From sequence record PV946933.1: 64,000 nt of DNA; one strand, given 5' to 3'. Under the pieces are notes generated by a model. The model was not told where the DNA came from, searched no databases, and saw only the letters and a list, made by a program, of their open reading frames with translations. This stretch comes from a phage. Shown here piece after piece: positions 37,070-47,783 of this stretch (its first letter is position 1; every line of letters begins with the position of its first letter). The translations under genes and the position numbers were made by a program.

Positions 37070-37507
37070 ATGATTAATAAAATTGTACATGAAATGGCTT
37101 TAAACGGAGATTCATATAAAATATCTGCCGTAGTTGAAAATTTCATACTTAATAAAGTAAAAGAATATTTCACTGATTGTTCAGTTAGTTATCAAGAAAA
37201 AATGGTTTTAATCGACGATACTGAAAAATCAAATAATTTGTTTTGTTCGAATTTTACAACTAAGAAGCGTACTAGAAGATTTGATATTGTCATTTCTCGC
37301 AATGGTAAAAAGCATATAATTGAAATCAAACACCAAGTTGGTGGAGGTACAGCCATTGATTCGGTTGGAATATATCTGGAAGATAAAGATAAATTAAAAG
37401 AATACACAAAAACTGAAAATCCTGTGTCATTGATGATATTAGATTTTTTGCCATGCGGATATTATCCGCGTAATAAGTGGACAAAAAGAGAATCATTTAC
37501 TGATTGA
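37070..37507 (+). CDS. putative PD-(D/E)xK-fold nuclease-like protein
   Basis: 145 aa; helix with Glu (AVVENF) followed by RRFDIVISRNGKKHIIEIK (D-x13-E-x-K); own early promoter; directly upstream of dam. Confidence 0.5.
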   Translation: MINKIVHEMALNGDSYKISAVVENFILNKVKEYFTDCSVSYQEKMVLIDDTEKSNNLFCSNFTTKKRTRRFDIVISRNGKKHIIEIKHQVGGGTAIDSVGIYLEDKDKLKEYTKTENPVSLMILDFLPCGYYPRNKWTKRESFTD

Positions 37508-37624
37508 TAATCCAACCATCCAAGCAAGGTTTAATGAATATGCTAAATCACAAAACGTGTTAGTATTACTATCAAATACATATGATGAAGAATTATATAA
37601 TTCGTTTTTTGCTGCAATAAATGA

Positions 37625-38413
<789 letters not shown>

Positions 38414-38473
38414 CTGCTTATATATTCAAATGATATAATTATTTAACTTATTAATGAATTGAAAGGAAAAATA

Positions 38474-38992
38474 ATGGCTTACTTTAACGAATGTTCACAA
38501 TTGATCGAAGGCGCTGATAAAGCTCAAAATGAATACTGGGATATTCTCGGTGATGAAAAAGACCCTCTGCAGGTTATGCTTGATATGCAGAAATCTCTGC
38601 AAGTTCGTTTAGCTAAAGATAAACCTGAATATAACCGTCATCCTGATGATTTGGCTACCGCAGGTGAAGTTGTTGATTGGCTGCGTAATCAGAAAGATTA
38701 TATTGACGATGAATTCCGTGAACTTCTAACTTCTCTTGGCGGTATGAGCAATGGCGAAAAAGATGCATCTGCTGTATGGAAGCCTTGGAAAGCTCAACAT
38801 GGTGAACGCCGTGAAACTCTAATTACTGATTTGTCTCCACAAGACCAGTTGGAAATTAAATTCGAAATGATCGATATTCTTCATTTCGTTCTGAACATGT
38901 TCCAAGGTCTTGGTCTTACGGCTGAAGAAATCTTTAAACTTTATTATCTGAAAAATGCTGAAAACTTCGCTCGTCAAGACCGAGGTTATTAA
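38474..38992 (+). CDS. 56: dCTPase/dUTPase gp56
   Basis: 172 aa from MAYFNEC; recognised as T4 gp56; track ORF starts at TTG. Confidence 0.9.
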   Translation: MAYFNECSQLIEGADKAQNEYWDILGDEKDPLQVMLDMQKSLQVRLAKDKPEYNRHPDDLATAGEVVDWLRNQKDYIDDEFRELLTSLGGMSNGEKDASAVWKPWKAQHGERRETLITDLSPQDQLEIKFEMIDILHFVLNMFQGLGLTAEEIFKLYYLKNAENFARQDRGY

Positions 38993-39037
38993 TAGCTCGT
39001 TTATTTAAACGACGACTTAAAAGCCGCGAGAATTTAT

Positions 39038-39045
39038 TATAAATA
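39038..39045 (+). promoter_or_regulatory. late promoter (soc)
   Basis: exact TATAAATA 30 nt upstream of soc ATG. Confidence 0.5.
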
Positions 39046-39075
39046 ATCATGTAATTTAAATAAAAGGAGAATTAC

Positions 39076-39321
39076 ATGGCTAGTACTCGCGGTTATGTTA
39101 ATATCAAAACGTTTGAGCAGAAATTAGATGGAAATAAGAAAATTGAAGGAAAGGAAATTTCTGTAGCTTTCCCTCTTTATTCTGACGTTCACAAAATTTC
39201 TGGCGCTCATTACCAGACATTCCCTTCAGAAAAAGCAGCATATACTACTGTATATGAAGAAAATCAACGTGCTGCGTGGATTGCTGCAAACGAAGATTTG
39301 TGGAAAGTAACTGGCGGTTAA
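39076..39321 (+). CDS. soc: small outer capsid protein Soc
   Basis: 81 aa; recognised as T4 Soc; TATAAATA late promoter 30 nt upstream; terminator downstream. Confidence 0.85.
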   Translation: MASTRGYVNIKTFEQKLDGNKKIEGKEISVAFPLYSDVHKISGAHYQTFPSEKAAYTTVYEENQRAAWIAANEDLWKVTGG

Positions 39322-39329
39322 TAATTCAA

Positions 39330-39354
39330 GGACTCCTTCGGGAGTCCTTTTTTC
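39330..39354 (+). terminator. rho-independent terminator after soc
   Basis: GGACTCC-TTCG-GGAGTCC then TTTTTT. Confidence 0.7.
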
Positions 39355-39419
39355 ATTTAAACGGTTTACTTTCCAAAATGAGTATGGTATAATAGAATTA
39401 TCTTATAGAGGAGAGCGCT

Positions 39420-39626
39420 ATGTTAAATCGTTGGATTAAACCAAATGAAGATTTAGATATTATCATTTCACGACATGTAATGAAGAAATATGAACTACAG
39501 CCATGGTCTACAGAAGTTGTTGTACATTCATTTATGATGTACGCAGATGGTTCTGTCGAATTTAATGCAGAGATTCGATATGATTATGGTGAGAAGCAAG
39601 TTGAATTCAAGAGAGGCTTTTTGTAA
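39420..39626 (+). CDS. hypothetical protein
   Basis: 68-aa ORF. Confidence 0.45.
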   Translation: MLNRWIKPNEDLDIIISRHVMKKYELQPWSTEVVVHSFMMYADGSVEFNAEIRYDYGEKQVEFKRGFL

Positions 39627-39967
39627 TGTTTATCTTTAACTGGTTTAAAAATTTCTTTACGGATTTTTTCTTTACAGCTCCTGGAGAAGGTGTAGTTCCT
39701 ATTTCAAATGACTACCTTCCTTTAACTGTAGTTGAATATGTTTATATGGGAGATGGAACAGTAGAAGCGGTTACTATGACTTATGAAGAAGCCCAGGAAT
39801 ATTATAAAAATCCTTGGCGCTGGTCAACACCTACTGTATCATCTAACGCACAGAATACACAGTCTAGTTCTGATTCATATGATACTAATGTTCCTGTTCA
39901 TGTATGGGCGGGCGATTCATGTGGAAGTTCTTGTGATTCTAGTTGTTCATCTACATCTTGTGATTGA
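39626..39967 (+). CDS. hypothetical protein with Cys/Ser-rich C-terminal tail
   Basis: 113 aa; hydrophobic N-terminus; C-terminus [18 protein letters not shown]. Confidence 0.45.
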   Translation: MFIFNWFKNFFTDFFFTAPGEGVVPISNDYLPLTVVEYVYMGDGTVEAVTMTYEEAQEYYKNPWRWSTPTVSSNAQNTQSSSDSYDTNVPVHVWAGDSCGSSCDSSCSSTSCD

Positions 39968-39975
39968 GGAAAATT

Positions 39976-40461
39976 ATGGAAGCGATTTTGTTTGAAATGT
40001 ATATTAGCAGTAATAGTATGTCGTTTGCTAAAGACGTTCCAATTACTGTAGCAGTAATGATTGATAAGGGTTATTGTGACCCAATGTATCTCGTAGAAAA
40101 TTTCGTTTCAATGCCAGTTCCAGAAGATGCTGAAATAAAACTTAAAAAGATTGGTATCATTGAAACTGTACCAAATATTCCATTTAGAGCAATTGAAGCA
40201 TTTACTAAATCCGAATACATTAATGTTAGCGCAGAACAATATAATGATAAGCCTTTATCTTTTTATTCGTACGATTCACTATATAGTTGGAAAATAGATA
40301 AAGGAAATAAATTTATAATTGCAAGTGAAGATGCGTTATCATACTTTATTTCTTCTGTATGGAATAGTTTACATCCAAATTTGCTAAAAATTCATGAATT
40401 TGATGATGCTCCTACTGTTGTTTTGGGTAAAGTAAATGAAAGTTCTGAAGAAAATGCTTGA
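39976..40461 (+). CDS. mrh: Mrh-like protein
   Basis: 161 aa from ATG after GAGGA; size and position match T4 mrh; identity not verified. Confidence 0.45.
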   Translation: MEAILFEMYISSNSMSFAKDVPITVAVMIDKGYCDPMYLVENFVSMPVPEDAEIKLKKIGIIETVPNIPFRAIEAFTKSEYINVSAEQYNDKPLSFYSYDSLYSWKIDKGNKFIIASEDALSYFISSVWNSLHPNLLKIHEFDDAPTVVLGKVNESSEENA

Positions 40462-40639
40462 ATGGTTCAGTAGACCAAACTCAATGTATATTGACGATGG
40501 TTGGGTTGAACAGGCAAATAAAGAAATGCAGAATGAATCAGAAGAATGGATGAAATCAATGATTAGTGCTGAGAAAGAAAAGAAATTAGAACGCTCAGCG
40601 CTTAAATTGATGAGAGACATCTATGGGGATAAATCATGA
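40436..40639 (+). CDS. hypothetical protein
   Basis: 67-aa ORF overlapping mrh-like 3' end. Confidence 0.35.
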   Translation: MKVLKKMLEWFSRPNSMYIDDGWVEQANKEMQNESEEWMKSMISAEKEKKLERSALKLMRDIYGDKS

Positions 40640-40800
40640 ACAGAGATATAACGTTAGAAGAGGCCAAGGCTAAAGCAAATGAAGCATTGGATTTGCTTCT
40701 TAAAATTGGCAGTAAAATGATGGAAGAAAATGAGAAATATATCCAGGAAAACAAAATTCCTGACGGTCCATTAGTAGGCAAGAGGAAATCGAATGATTGA
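40636..40800 (+). CDS. hypothetical small protein
   Basis: 54-aa ORF with ATG/stop overlaps on both sides. Confidence 0.3.
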   Translation: MNRDITLEEAKAKANEALDLLLKIGSKMMEENEKYIQENKIPDGPLVGKRKSND

Positions 40801-41275
40801 AGTAGCAAAACATTATTCAATAGAATTTATGTCTAAAGAAGGTAAATCAGTAAATACACTTGATAAAAAATGCTCATTAATTATTCCTTTAGCAGAAAAT
40901 CCGGATATTTTAATTAAAGATATAAAAGAAAGAAAATATCCAGAAAATGTTATTCTAATTATAAAGCATACTGAAGATATTTTGCAGAATACTGATTCAC
41001 CATTTTCTTCTTCTGAAGCTTTAACTATCAAAGGCTATAAAAGAGCTCATGAATATGGTCTTTTTAGCCTGTTTGAAGATGATAACGTTAAATTAGCACT
41101 TAATTTAGCAGGTCAACCTTCTAAAAGTAAAACATTCATTATTGAAGATATTAAAGATATAAATGCATTTGTTAAGATGGTCTGGGCTCATTTTGATGTT
41201 GGACTACGCTGGAGAATGTCCGAAGAAGAAAGAAAAATTATTGAAGCTAATCGTTATTTTGGTTTTTATCGCTAG
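40793..41275 (+). CDS. hypothetical protein
   Basis: 160-aa ORF. Confidence 0.45.
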   Translation: MIEVAKHYSIEFMSKEGKSVNTLDKKCSLIIPLAENPDILIKDIKERKYPENVILIIKHTEDILQNTDSPFSSSEALTIKGYKRAHEYGLFSLFEDDNVKLALNLAGQPSKSKTFIIEDIKDINAFVKMVWAHFDVGLRWRMSEEERKIIEANRYFGFYR

Positions 41276-41283
41276 GAATTAAT

Positions 41284-41466
41284 ATGGATTTATTTGAGAT
41301 GTTAGAAGATAATCATTCTACGAATATCCAGAATGATTCTAGTGATTATAAGAAAGAGTACCGTATAGTATTACAGAATTATGGAATTGAAGCCCCAGAT
41401 GCTCTTCTAGAAGAACTAGCTTCATACCATCTTGACCCTCCGCCCTGGGCTCCCTGGGCAAAATAA
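41284..41466 (+). CDS. hypothetical acidic protein
   Basis: 60-aa ORF. Confidence 0.4.
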   Translation: MDLFEMLEDNHSTNIQNDSSDYKKEYRIVLQNYGIEAPDALLEELASYHLDPPPWAPWAK

Positions 41467-41533
41467 TTCAAAAAGTTGTTTACTTTCCTTCCTAACAATG
41501 ATATGATAGCTTCTGAAGTATATGGAGGCTATC

Positions 41534-42157
41534 ATGATTATTAATCTTGCAGATGTTGAACAGTTATCTATAAAAGCTGAAAGTGTTGATTTTCAATATG
41601 ATATGTATAAAAAGGTCTGTGAAAAATTTACTGACTTTGAACAGTCAGTTCTTTGGCAATGTATGGAAGCCAAAAAGAATGAAGCTCTTCATCGGCAGTT
41701 GAATAAAATCGTTAAAAAGCATTTAACTGAATCACCTTATCAGTTATATCGTGGTATATCAAAATCGACAAAAGAACTCATTAAAGATTTACAAGTTGGA
41801 GAAGTGTTTTCAACGAACAGAGTAGATTCATTTACTACTAGTTTGCACACAGCATGCGGTTTTTCTTATGCTGAATATTTCACTGAAATAATATTTCGCT
41901 TAAAAACTGATAAAGCTTTTAATTACTCTGACCATATCAGCGATATTATACTTTCTTCTCCTAATACTGAGTTTAAGTATACATATGAAGATACTGATGG
42001 ATTAGATTCAGAACGTACTGATAACTTAATGATGATTGTGCGTGAACAAGAATGGATGATTCCAATTGGAAAGTATAAAATAACTTCTATTTCAAAAGAA
42101 AAATTACACGATTCATTTGGAACATTTAAAGTGTATGATATTGAGGTAGTTGAATGA
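41534..42157 (+). CDS. modB: ADP-ribosyltransferase ModB
   Basis: 207 aa from ATG after GGAGG; R-S-E ART motifs (YRG, STN/STS, EQEWMIP); paralog of next gene. Confidence 0.75.
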   Translation: MIINLADVEQLSIKAESVDFQYDMYKKVCEKFTDFEQSVLWQCMEAKKNEALHRQLNKIVKKHLTESPYQLYRGISKSTKELIKDLQVGEVFSTNRVDSFTTSLHTACGFSYAEYFTEIIFRLKTDKAFNYSDHISDIILSSPNTEFKYTYEDTDGLDSERTDNLMMIVREQEWMIPIGKYKITSISKEKLHDSFGTFKVYDIEVVE

Positions 42158-42756
42158 AATATTCAGCAATGCAATTAAAAGATTTTAAAATCAAATCAAT
42201 GGATGCATCGGTGCGTGCTTCTATTCGTGAAGAATTACTTTCTGAAGGATTTAATTTATCTGAAATTGAACTTTTAATTCATTGTATTACTAATAAGCCA
42301 GACGATCATTCTTGGTTAAATGAAATAATCAAATCTCGTTTGGAACCAAACGATAAACCTCTTTGGAGAGGTATTCCAGTTGAGACTAAGCAGGCGTTAA
42401 ATCAAGGAATTGATATTATTACATTTGATAAAGTAGTATCAGCTTCATATGATAAAAATATAGCTCTACATTTTGCTTCTGGATTAGAATACAATACACA
42501 AGTTATTTTTGAATTCAAAGCTCCTATGGTATTTAATTTTCAGGAGTATGCTATAAAAGCTCTACGTTGTAAAGAATATAGCCCAAGTTTTAAGTTTCCG
42601 GATAGCCATCGTTATCGTAATATGGAATTAGTTTCAGATGAACAGGAAGTAATGATACCAGCTGGAAGTGTATTTAGAATTGCAGATAGATATGAGTATA
42701 AAAAGTATTCAACATACACTATCTATACTCTTGACTTTGAAGGATTTAATCTATAA
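42154..42756 (+). CDS. modA: ADP-ribosyltransferase ModA
   Basis: 200 aa starting MKYSAMQLKDF; R-S-E motifs (WRG, SAS, EQEVMIP). Confidence 0.8.
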   Translation: MKYSAMQLKDFKIKSMDASVRASIREELLSEGFNLSEIELLIHCITNKPDDHSWLNEIIKSRLEPNDKPLWRGIPVETKQALNQGIDIITFDKVVSASYDKNIALHFASGLEYNTQVIFEFKAPMVFNFQEYAIKALRCKEYSPSFKFPDSHRYRNMELVSDEQEVMIPAGSVFRIADRYEYKKYSTYTIYTLDFEGFNL

Positions 42757-42812
42757 TGGAAGGACTTAGATTCATTATACCATGAAAGTTTTAAAGCATT
42801 TTTCATAAAGTT

Positions 42813-42842
42813 GTTTACAAGCTGAAGTAAAAATGATATAGT
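42813..42842 (+). promoter_or_regulatory. early promoter
   Basis: GTTTAC-N18-TGATATAGT upstream of srd-like gene. Confidence 0.5.
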
Positions 42843-42879
42843 ATATAATATAAGTAGTTAACCCGTCCGTGAGAAAAAT

Positions 42880-43626
42880 ATGAAACTGTCTAAAAATCAA
42901 ATTCGTAAAATTACACGTCGTTTAGAGCATACTCAGGCATCTGCTAAAAGACGTTCTAAAGATTTTAACTTAGACTTCAATTACATTAAGAACATTTTAG
43001 ATCAGAAAGTTTGCGCTTACTCGGGAGAACCTTTTGATAATCGTATTGAAGGAGAGAAATTATCATTAGAACGTTTTGATAATAACGTTGGATACATTAA
43101 AGGGAATGTTATTGCAGTAAAGAAAAAGTATAATACATTTCGTTCTGATTATACTTTAGAAGAGTTGATTGAAAAGCGTGATTTGTTTGCTTTACGAATT
43201 GGTCGTTCATCTGCGAAAAAAGTTCATAAACTAAATTTAGATGAAAAGAAATGGGCTAAAATCAAAAAGACTTATAATCAAATTAAAGCTATACAGAAAA
43301 AACGCGAAAACCGAATTGAGCACATTTCTCAGCTTTCTAAATCAAAACAAACTTCTGACGTTAAGCTAACGATTATAGCACTTAAAGCTCGTATTGATGG
43401 TTCTCGTATAGCAGAAGGCGCTGAAGTTGTTAAATTGAACGTTCTTCTTAAAGGCTCGGATTGGAAAACCGTGAAAAAGTTGTCAGAAGCAGAAATGCAA
43501 TATGATATGTGTGATAAAATTATTCAAGGTGTAGAGCGGTATCAAAACTTGTCTTTTATTGATAAACTTAAACTGAAAAGAGGATACCCGCTAAATTGTT
43601 CAATTTTTAAACTTATCCGAGGATAA
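42880..43626 (+). CDS. srd: Srd-like protein
   Basis: 248-aa basic protein in T4 srd position between modA and dda. Confidence 0.55.
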   Translation: MKLSKNQIRKITRRLEHTQASAKRRSKDFNLDFNYIKNILDQKVCAYSGEPFDNRIEGEKLSLERFDNNVGYIKGNVIAVKKKYNTFRSDYTLEELIEKRDLFALRIGRSSAKKVHKLNLDEKKWAKIKKTYNQIKAIQKKRENRIEHISQLSKSKQTSDVKLTIIALKARIDGSRIAEGAEVVKLNVLLKGSDWKTVKKLSEAEMQYDMCDKIIQGVERYQNLSFIDKLKLKRGYPLNCSIFKLIRG

Positions 43627-43627
43627 T

Positions 43628-43939
43628 ATGTTTTATGTATATGCGATAGTGTATAGAGATAAAGATGGATTTGCGGTGCCTGTTCCTCTTGATGAACACC
43701 GCCCTGCTGTATTTTTTGAAAGGGAGATTGCTGATAAAGTATTTACAACTCTTAAAGAGCAGTATCGACTAGCTTTAGGTATGGGAATTCCGAGATTAGT
43801 TGAGACTCCACGCAAGTTTTGGTTTAATAAAATAGAAGTTAAACATGTTAAGCCTGATGTAGACACACAAAGATTATATCGGCGAATTTTAGATACTGGG
43901 CGTATTGTTAGTATACCAATTGCAGGGAATTTACGATGA
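43628..43939 (+). CDS. hypothetical protein
   Basis: 103-aa ORF. Confidence 0.45.
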   Translation: MFYVYAIVYRDKDGFAVPVPLDEHRPAVFFEREIADKVFTTLKEQYRLALGMGIPRLVETPRKFWFNKIEVKHVKPDVDTQRLYRRILDTGRIVSIPIAGNLR

Positions 43940-45255
43940 CATTTGATGATTTGACTGAAGGCCAGAAAAATGCCTTTAACATCGTTATGAGGGCTATCAA
44001 AGAAAAGAAACATCATGTAACTATTAATGGACCTGCTGGTACTGGTAAGACTACTCTTACTAAGTTCATCATTGAAGCCTTAATATCTACGGGCGAAACT
44101 GGCATTATTTTAGCAGCTCCTACTCATGCAGCTAAAAAGATTCTTTCAAAACTGTCAGGGAAAGAAGCGAGTACTATTCACAGTATTCTTAAAATTAACC
44201 CAGTAACATACGAAGAAAACGTTCTTTTTGAGCAAAAAGAAGTACCGGATTTGGCTAAATGCAGAGTATTAATCTGCGACGAAGTATCAATGTATGATAG
44301 AAAGCTATTTAAAATTCTGCTTTCAACTATTCCACCTTGGTGTACTATAATTGGAATAGGCGATAATAAGCAAATTAGACCTGTTGACCCAGGAGAAAAC
44401 ACTGCTTATATCAGTCCATTCTTTACGCACAAAGATTTTTATCAGTGTGAACTCACTGAAGTTAAACGCAGTAATGCTCCTATTATTGATGTAGCTACTG
44501 ATGTTCGCAACGGTAAGTGGATTTATGATAAAGTTGTTGACGGGCATGGAGTACGTGGATTTACTGGTGATACCGCTTTACGCGATTTTATGGTAAATTA
44601 TTTTTCAATCGTAAAATCACTAGATGATTTGTTTGAAAATCGTGTAATGGCATTTACGAATAAATCTGTTGACAAGTTAAATAGCATTATTCGTAAAAAG
44701 ATTTTTGAAACTGATAAAGATTTTATTGTCGGTGAAATTATTGTAATGCAGGAACCATTAATTAAAACATATAAAATTGATGGAAAGCCTGTGTCAGAAA
44801 TTATTTTTAATAACGGACAATTAGTTCGTATTATAGAAGCAGAATATACATCGACGTTTGTTAAAGCTCGTGGTGTTTCTGGGGAATATCTAATTCGTCA
44901 TTGGGATTTAACAGTAGAAACTTACGGCGATGATGAATATTATCGTGAAAAGATTAAAATAATTTCATCTGATGAAGAGCTGTATAAGTTTAACTTATTT
45001 TTAGGTAAAACGGCAGAAACTTATAAAAATTGGAATAAAGGTGGAAAAGCTCCGTGGAGCGATTTTTGGGATGCTAAATCACAGTTTAGTAAAGTGAAAG
45101 CACTTCCCGCATCAACATTCCATAAAGCTCAGGGTATGTCTGTAGACCGTGCTTTTATCTATACACCTTGCATTCATTATGCAGATGCTGAACTAGCTCA
45201 GCAGCTTCTTTATGTTGGTGTCACTCGTGGTCGTTATGATGTGTTTTATGTGTGA
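43936..45255 (+). CDS. dda: DNA helicase Dda (SF1)
   Basis: 439 aa; Walker A GPAGTGKTT; recognised as T4 Dda. Confidence 0.93.
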   Translation: MTFDDLTEGQKNAFNIVMRAIKEKKHHVTINGPAGTGKTTLTKFIIEALISTGETGIILAAPTHAAKKILSKLSGKEASTIHSILKINPVTYEENVLFEQKEVPDLAKCRVLICDEVSMYDRKLFKILLSTIPPWCTIIGIGDNKQIRPVDPGENTAYISPFFTHKDFYQCELTEVKRSNAPIIDVATDVRNGKWIYDKVVDGHGVRGFTGDTALRDFMVNYFSIVKSLDDLFENRVMAFTNKSVDKLNSIIRKKIFETDKDFIVGEIIVMQEPLIKTYKIDGKPVSEIIFNNGQLVRIIEAEYTSTFVKARGVSGEYLIRHWDLTVETYGDDEYYREKIKIISSDEELYKFNLFLGKTAETYKNWNKGGKAPWSDFWDAKSQFSKVKALPASTFHKAQGMSVDRAFIYTPCIHYADAELAQQLLYVGVTRGRYDVFYV

Positions 45256-45261
45256 GGATAT

Positions 45262-45522
45262 ATGATTAACATCAATTCAAAATATTTAAATCGTCTAATA
45301 GATGGTATAAAGAAGCATACTGATAAGCAAGATAATCTCAGTGTTATGGTAACAGGAGCTGAGCTCCTTTATAAGCTTAATCTTATAAGTGATACTATAC
45401 TAGCAATTAAACGAATTGAAAAACAATCATATCACAGTAATACAGATACGGTAATTACGCTAGATGAAAGTGTCTGTAAGCTGCTGATTAAATTTGAGGA
45501 AGCTATTTGTGGAAATAACTAA
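45262..45522 (+). CDS. hypothetical protein
   Basis: 86-aa ORF. Confidence 0.4.
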   Translation: MININSKYLNRLIDGIKKHTDKQDNLSVMVTGAELLYKLNLISDTILAIKRIEKQSYHSNTDTVITLDESVCKLLIKFEEAICGNN

Positions 45523-45754
45523 AGACCAGTTTTATCTGCTTCAAGATAAAGTGAGTGAAATTTATGAAATAGCTTATAGTAAAAATCGCAAAAACGTGAA
45601 AATTGAATCGGGAAAGTTAATGCTTCAATTGGAAGAAATTGAACGAGATTTGATTGCATTAGAATTCTTTTGCGGTGAAGTGAAAACTGTTACAATCAGT
45701 GATTATGTTTTAGGTGAAATTAGCCATCTTTATAAGGCGGTTATTAATGATTGA
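45509..45754 (+). CDS. hypothetical protein (paralog of next ORF)
   Basis: 81 aa from candidate GTG after GAGGAAG; C-terminal similarity to 45747-45989. Confidence 0.35.
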   Translation: MEITKDQFYLLQDKVSEIYEIAYSKNRKNVKIESGKLMLQLEEIERDLIALEFFCGEVKTVTISDYVLGEISHLYKAVIND

Positions 45755-45989
45755 ATTAAGTTTGCATCAGTTTAAATCTCTTATGGCAAATGTTAAAGCT
45801 GTCATTCAAGAAAATCCAGGACCTGATAATGTTACTATTCGCGAAAAAGCTTTAAAGATAGTATACAGTCTTGAAGAGATACAAAAAGATATTGAATCTA
45901 TGGCAAAATTTATTGATGAGCCCATTAATAAAGTTTATATCCAAGATTATACTGTAGGTCAAATTCGCGATTTAGCGAGGAAAATTTAA
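45747..45989 (+). CDS. hypothetical protein (paralog of previous ORF)
   Basis: 80 aa from ATG 45747; shared LEEI...V.I.DY.(L/V)G(E/Q)I pattern. Confidence 0.4.
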   Translation: MIELSLHQFKSLMANVKAVIQENPGPDNVTIREKALKIVYSLEEIQKDIESMAKFIDEPINKVYIQDYTVGQIRDLARKI

Positions 45990-46672
45990 TGTTTGATTTT
46001 ATTATAGATTTTGAAACAATGGGAAGCGGTGAAAAGGCAGCTGTTATTGATTTGGCTGTTATTGCCTTTGACCCTAATCCAGAAGTAGTTGAATCATTTG
46101 ATGAATTAGTTTCACGCGGCATTAAAATCAAGTTTGATTTAAAAAGTCAAAAAGGACATCGTCTTTTTACTAAAAGCACTATCGAATGGTGGAAAAATCA
46201 GTCTCCTGAAGCTCGAAAAAATATTGCACCGTCGGATGAAGATGTAAGCACTATCGATGGTATTGTAAAATTTAATGATTACATCAATGCACATAACATC
46301 GATCCTTGGAAATCTCAAGGATGGTGCCGTGGGATGTCGTTTGATTTTCCAATTTTAGTCGATCTCATTCGCGATATTCAACGTTTTAACGGCGTTTCTG
46401 AGAATGAACTTGACACATTTAAGTTAGAACCATGTAAATTCTGGAATCAGCGTGATATTCGTACCAGAATTGAAGCACTTCTGCTTGTTCGTGATATGAC
46501 CACGTGTCCTCTTCCAAAGGGAACTTTAGATGGATTCGTTGCGCATGATTCTATTCATGACTGTGCGAAAGACATCCTGATGATGAAGTATGCTTTGCGA
46601 TATGCTATGGGTCTTGAAGATGCTCCGTCAGAGGAAGAGTGCGATCCTCTATCTCTTCCAACAAAACGATAA
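45989..46672 (+). CDS. dexA: exonuclease A (DexA)
   Basis: 227 aa; recognised as T4 DexA. Confidence 0.85.
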   Translation: MFDFIIDFETMGSGEKAAVIDLAVIAFDPNPEVVESFDELVSRGIKIKFDLKSQKGHRLFTKSTIEWWKNQSPEARKNIAPSDEDVSTIDGIVKFNDYINAHNIDPWKSQGWCRGMSFDFPILVDLIRDIQRFNGVSENELDTFKLEPCKFWNQRDIRTRIEALLLVRDMTTCPLPKGTLDGFVAHDSIHDCAKDILMMKYALRYAMGLEDAPSEEECDPLSLPTKR

Positions 46673-46678
46673 AAAGTT

Positions 46679-46708
46679 GTTTACTTCCTCGGTTAGTTGT
46701 GGTATTAT
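46679..46708 (+). promoter_or_regulatory. early promoter
   Basis: GTTTAC-N18-TGTGGTATTAT. Confidence 0.55.
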
Positions 46709-46735
46709 AACACCATAGCTACTGAGGATAATAAA

Positions 46736-47236
46736 ATGAAAATTTATCGTGTTGAATCATCGTTTAGTATTCTTGATTATGAAGATGCTATAACAATACG
46801 TCGAAATCTTTGTGTTCAAATAACACCGTACAGGAGTATAATAGATTCATGGAGCGAAGAGTGGCTATTACACGTAGGTTATGACAGACCTAATTTTATG
46901 CATCATAGCGATAATAATAAAAGAATTCCTTTACCACACGAAGATAAACTATTAGTTAAAAACGCTAATATAGTAATTAATACTAAGTTCAAGAAAGATT
47001 ATGTTGGAGTAGAATATCATATTCCAGGATGGTTTATAGCTCTTTATCATTTTGCTTTCGCTAGTGAATATGATATGATGAGATGGTTCACACGAGAAGA
47101 GCGGGAAGAATTATCTTCTAAAGGATTTTATCTCGCTGTATACGAAGTTCCTGAAGATGAAGTTATCATTGGCGGGCACCAAGTAATGTTCCGCAAATCG
47201 CATGCTGAACTCATAGATTTTATTGAAATGAGATAA
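46736..47236 (+). CDS. motB: MotB-like protein
   Basis: 166 aa from ATG after GAGGA; T4 motB position; identity not verified. Confidence 0.45.
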   Translation: MKIYRVESSFSILDYEDAITIRRNLCVQITPYRSIIDSWSEEWLLHVGYDRPNFMHHSDNNKRIPLPHEDKLLVKNANIVINTKFKKDYVGVEYHIPGWFIALYHFAFASEYDMMRWFTREEREELSSKGFYLAVYEVPEDEVIIGGHQVMFRKSHAELIDFIEMR

Positions 47237-47238
47237 TT

Positions 47239-47781
47239 ATGAAATTTAATTATACTCCTGAATACATACCAAATCCGGTAGCTAAACTGATTGATTTTGA
47301 TGTTGTAAGCACTTATGTATGCCCTGTTAAACCACTGGAAATTAAGGAACCTACTATGACTACCGCTATTGAAATCGGCAAAACCTACAAACTGGTTGAA
47401 ACTGAAATTAAAACCAATGCCTTGATTTCCGGCTATAAAACTTTGACTGATGTTTTTGGCGAAGGCGAATTTACTGTTGAAGACTTTGAAAAAAGTAAAT
47501 GGTTTACTAAATCTTATATTGTCCACGGTCGTCGTTTAGACAATAACAAAATAGAGAAAATCCTGGTTTATGAAGCAGAGTTCATCCTGTTCCAAGAAGT
47601 TGAAGAACAAGACCCTACTGACCTTCTAACTCATGCTGTAGCTATCAAGACTCCATTTATTTCGGTCTGTGGCTGGGTAACAGACCAGTGGATTGAAGAT
47701 GGTGTTGAACTTCTGAACGTTGTTCATGCAGGTGATTTTAGTGTAGTACCTCGTAGTGCGGTGGTAGCTATTTTAAATTAA
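47239..47781 (+). CDS. hypothetical protein (shares C-terminal domain with 47857-48354)
   Basis: 180 aa; C-terminal TDQWIEDGVELLNVV. Confidence 0.5.
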   Translation: MKFNYTPEYIPNPVAKLIDFDVVSTYVCPVKPLEIKEPTMTTAIEIGKTYKLVETEIKTNALISGYKTLTDVFGEGEFTVEDFEKSKWFTKSYIVHGRRLDNNKIEKILVYEAEFILFQEVEEQDPTDLLTHAVAIKTPFISVCGWVTDQWIEDGVELLNVVHAGDFSVVPRSAVVAILN

Positions 47782-47783
47782 TA

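Noticed and set aside
36979-37173. 64-aa ORF on the - strand next to the small membrane gene
   Set aside because: Overlaps the + strand early promoter and the start of the PD-(D/E)xK-like ORF; no SD of its own. The neighbouring 36765-36965 - strand gene has a strong SD and was kept.
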